A DNA stretch of 64,000 nt from an uncultured Dehalococcoidales bacterium (GTDB taxonomy: Bacteria; Chloroflexota; Dehalococcoidia; E44-bin15): assembly GCA_964428725.1 (NCBI GenBank), contig CAYRYW010000011.1, forward strand, positions 144-64,143, given 5' to 3'. Position 1 is the stretch's first letter, and each line of letters opens with the position of its first letter. A program made the translations under genes and the position numbers. A model generated the notes under the pieces. It had not been told where the DNA came from. It searched no databases and saw nothing but the letters and a program-made list of their open reading frames with translations. Positions 61,445 to 64,000 of the stretch are shown here, one piece after another.

Positions 61445-62871
61445 GATTGACACGCAAGCATATCGTCACGACGCTATTGACAATTGGCATTGTGGTAACG
61501 GTCATGTTCGTGAGTGCTGCAATAGCCAGGGCGGCATTGCCGGAAGTGCTGAGACATCAGCAGCCAAATATATGCAGGGTGGAAGCATCGGACGGAAGCA
61601 GGGGTTCAGGGTGCTATCTCGGTGGCTGCCTGATTCTGACGGCGGACCATGTTACAAATGATTCACAGACTGGCACGGTCGATTTCTTCGGCGGTGGTGA
61701 GTACAAATATCGAGTTGTTGGCAGATCGAAGGAGTTTGATGCGTCCTATCTGCGGATCGAGCGGCCTGTTGAGGCGAGTATTCGCGGTGTGCGAATTGGC
61801 GTCACGCCGAAAAAGGGCGAGTATGTTTGGAAGGCTGGATACGGCAAATCCCCAGCGAAGCTGTATTGGCACCGTGGGAAAGTAGTCAGCGTGACGACGA
61901 ACGGGCGAATAGGGGTAACCCCATATTCTATCAGTGGTGATTCCGGTGGGCCTGTGTTTACGCTTGACGGAAGACTGATAGGGTGTTTGCAAACGACCAA
62001 CATCGGCAGCAATCGCACCTATGCGAACACGGTAGAGACAACTGTGAGGAGTCTCGGGGCATTCACGAAGGACCTGATTGATGTCGAGTTATCCCTAGTT
62101 GCTGATGCGTGTCCAGGTAATGGCCAGCTTGGTGGAGGGTTACTTGGAGGTCGATTCGGCTTGCTGGGCGGAAGCGAGAATGACCCGAATGCAGCACCCA
62201 GGGCACCAGGTGGTGTACCGGCAGAAACAACCCCGAATGCTGACAGTACGCTTGTTTCGACGCAGTTTGCGATTTTGCAGGAGGAGGCAGCCAAAGCAGT
62301 GCAGGCCGCGCAAGAGGAGGCAGCTAAGGCAAGGGAAGCGGCGGAAGGTGCTGCGGCCAAGCTGGACGAACAGAGGAAGCAAGCGGAGGAAGAGGCATCA
62401 GAGAGGGAGAAACAGGCCATCGAGGAGAAACTTGTTTCAATCGAGCAGAACGCAATAACCAACGAGGCGAACACGGCGACTCATTGGACGACAGCCCTGG
62501 AGCGGTGGCTGCCATGGATCATTCTGCTGATAATCGTTATTTATCTATTGTGGAAAAACTACCAGCAGACCGGGGCAGTTACCGCAGAGGACGTTGAGAA
62601 GGCTGTCGAGAAAGCCAGGCCGATTGCCGAGCCGCTTGCACAGGACATCATGGCAGCAATCAAGCCACCGCCAATGCCTGCTGTGGCAGACCCAAAGCCG
62701 CCCATGCCGCATAGCGTGGCGGCTCGTGCGGCGGCATCGAAAGTGCGGGAAGCAAAGGCTGTGGCCGCCGAAGAGGAAGCGAGGGCGAAGACAGAGATAG
62801 CAAGAGCCAGCGAAGACGCACAGCGAGACGTAGACGCCATTGCAGAGGCAGCGAAGGAACTGGACGACTAG
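61441..62871 (+). CDS. Membrane-anchored trypsin-like (S1) serine protease with coiled-coil and second TM segment
   Basis: N-terminal TM 'IVTTLLTIGIVVTVMFVSAAIA'. Catalytic motifs 'LTADHV' (His), 'FDASYL' (Asp) and 'GDSGGPVF' (Ser). An Ala/Glu/Lys coiled-coil, then TM 'WLPWIILLIIVIYLLW'. Confidence 0.8.
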   Translation: MRLTRKHIVTTLLTIGIVVTVMFVSAAIARAALPEVLRHQQPNICRVEASDGSRGSGCYLGGCLILTADHVTNDSQTGTVDFFGGGEYKYRVVGRSKEFDASYLRIERPVEASIRGVRIGVTPKKGEYVWKAGYGKSPAKLYWHRGKVVSVTTNGRIGVTPYSISGDSGGPVFTLDGRLIGCLQTTNIGSNRTYANTVETTVRSLGAFTKDLIDVELSLVADACPGNGQLGGGLLGGRFGLLGGSENDPNAAPRAPGGVPAETTPNADSTLVSTQFAILQEEAAKAVQAAQEEAAKAREAAEGAAAKLDEQRKQAEEEASEREKQAIEEKLVSIEQNAITNEANTATHWTTALERWLPWIILLIIVIYLLWKNYQQTGAVTAEDVEKAVEKARPIAEPLAQDIMAAIKPPPMPAVADPKPPMPHSVAARAAASKVREAKAVAAEEEARAKTEIARASEDAQRDVDAIAEAAKELDD

Positions 62872-62911
62872 GCGTGATTGGTTAGACTCAGCAGCTATCG
62901 AGGAAATTGGC

Positions 62912-63232
62912 ATGGGTGATGTCACTAGGGGCGATTTTGATGTTTTGCACGCACGAATTACGGAGCAGGTGGAGAAGACTGCCACACTGACTGCAGCAAC
63001 AAACACGAACAACAAGCGACTTGACGAGGTGATTGTGTTGTTGCGAGGAAACGGCCAGCCTGGGCTAATCAAGACAGTGGCCGTGCATGATACGAAGATT
63101 GACAACGTGGAAACGGATTTGAAAAAGCGAACTAATTCAACATGGCAGCTGATCGGAGTCCTGATTGCGTCGGCTGCTTGTGTAGCAACGACAGTGGCTG
63201 CTATCGCGACAGTCGTTGCGATATCTAACTAG
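62912..63232 (+). CDS. C-terminally membrane-anchored coiled-coil protein
   Basis: 106 aa ending in the TM helix 'WQLIGVLIASAACVATTVAAIATVVAI'. Confidence 0.4.
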   Translation: MGDVTRGDFDVLHARITEQVEKTATLTAATNTNNKRLDEVIVLLRGNGQPGLIKTVAVHDTKIDNVETDLKKRTNSTWQLIGVLIASAACVATTVAAIATVVAISN

Positions 63233-63240
63233 GAGATGCG

Positions 63241-63552
63241 ATGAAAACCATCACGATTCCGACCGCCGACGAGCAACTATTCCAGGCGATCAACAAGGGG
63301 GCGAGGAAGACCTCGCAAATTGACGTGGTCGCCGATCAGAAGTTGGCTTGTGTCCTGCTGACACTTGCCCCGGCGGTGACGCGAGGCGATTACCAGACGC
63401 TCAAGGCAAATATCGAGGCGATCGCCGGCATTCAGGCGGCGGAGTTGGCCGTCGATGGGCAGGTGCCGTCCGTCTTGCCGGCCGATTGCACGACTAAAGT
63501 GCTCGTCTCGGCCGATTTGCGGTGTTACAGCAACCCAGCCACGCCGACATAA
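63241..63552 (+). CDS. Hypothetical protein
   Basis: 103-aa ORF with a TAGGAGATGCG ATG RBS. Confidence 0.45.
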   Translation: MKTITIPTADEQLFQAINKGARKTSQIDVVADQKLACVLLTLAPAVTRGDYQTLKANIEAIAGIQAAELAVDGQVPSVLPADCTTKVLVSADLRCYSNPATPT

Positions 63553-63561
63553 GGTGAGTCC

Positions 63562-63957
63562 ATGAAACGACGATCTTTTCTGGCTGGCATCGCGGCGGTG
63601 GTGTTAACGCCCGTCTCCGCGATCAAAGCAGCGATAACGCCGAAGCCGTACACGCACCGGTGGATTGGTCCGTCGGTGCCGTATCCGCACCCAAATAAGA
63701 GTATGTGGGACGTTCCGTTGCCCGGAAACGAGTGGGACGACCCGACGAATTGGGACTGTGGGACTGTGCCAACAGACGGCGCGGACGTGCTGATATCGCC
63801 GGGCAAAGACCGGTATACCAGGCTCTGCCTTCCGTCGGAAGGTACCGCCTACTTGAAAAGCGTTACGATAGTTACAGGTTGTATAGCGTTTAGGTCCGGG
63901 CCGTTACGGATGCTGAATTTCACCACCACGGACGATGACGGTTTGTTTAAGTCGTGA
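63562..63957 (+). CDS. Secreted protein with twin-arginine (Tat) signal
   Basis: 'MKRRSFLAGIAAVVLTPVSA' carries an RRxFL Tat motif, a hydrophobic core and an A-x-A-like site. Confidence 0.5.
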   Translation: MKRRSFLAGIAAVVLTPVSAIKAAITPKPYTHRWIGPSVPYPHPNKSMWDVPLPGNEWDDPTNWDCGTVPTDGADVLISPGKDRYTRLCLPSEGTAYLKSVTIVTGCIAFRSGPLRMLNFTTTDDDGLFKS

Positions 63958-64000
63958 GGAGTCTACACGCCAGCTAGGCTTAGCGGCCGAAGGGCAACTG

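Overview
The window reads as one nearly complete, moderately GC-rich genome of a tailed bacteriophage or prophage (siphovirus-like, HK97-fold), almost all on the + strand. Modules in order:
- fibre and tailspike genes (2-5491)
- tail completion, tube, chaperones, tape measure and distal tail (5491-13268)
- a 10-gene glycan synthesis/modification operon (13247-21321)
- a short minus-strand block with a PEP-CTERM protein and an excisionase-type HTH (21395-22830)
- an early regulatory and recombination module: XRE regulator, Rad52-like annealase, FEN-type exonuclease, NinG (23109-28080)
- a phage-borne CRISPR locus: a structured leader (28081-28352), a 530-aa Cas12/TnpB-like protein, and a 16-repeat array (29964-31014), with no cas1/cas2/cas4 in the window. 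The protein appears to lack the RuvC catalytic residues and the C-terminal Zn-finger/RuvC-III part.
- replication and accessory genes: ATPase, ParB-like protein, two SF2 helicases, DNA methyltransferase, SSB, a DUF2829/Tad2-like protein and several tandem-repeat proteins
- terminase, portal, an intein-containing MuF-like head-morphogenesis gene, scaffold, two decoration-like paralogues, major capsid, connectors and a membrane-anchored S1 protease.
Structural genes at both window ends suggest the genome wraps around.
Top leads:
1. the apparently nuclease-dead, compact type V-like CRISPR system
2. an intein whose interior encodes a Zn-ribbon/DUF559-type nuclease on the antisense strand in exact codon register
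3. the glycosylation island plus the PEP-CTERM gene
4. a tandem family of Gly/Tyr/Asp low-complexity peptides
5. a reused ~30-nt leader motif.
All functional calls come from by-eye motif recognition; no database searches or folding programs were run.
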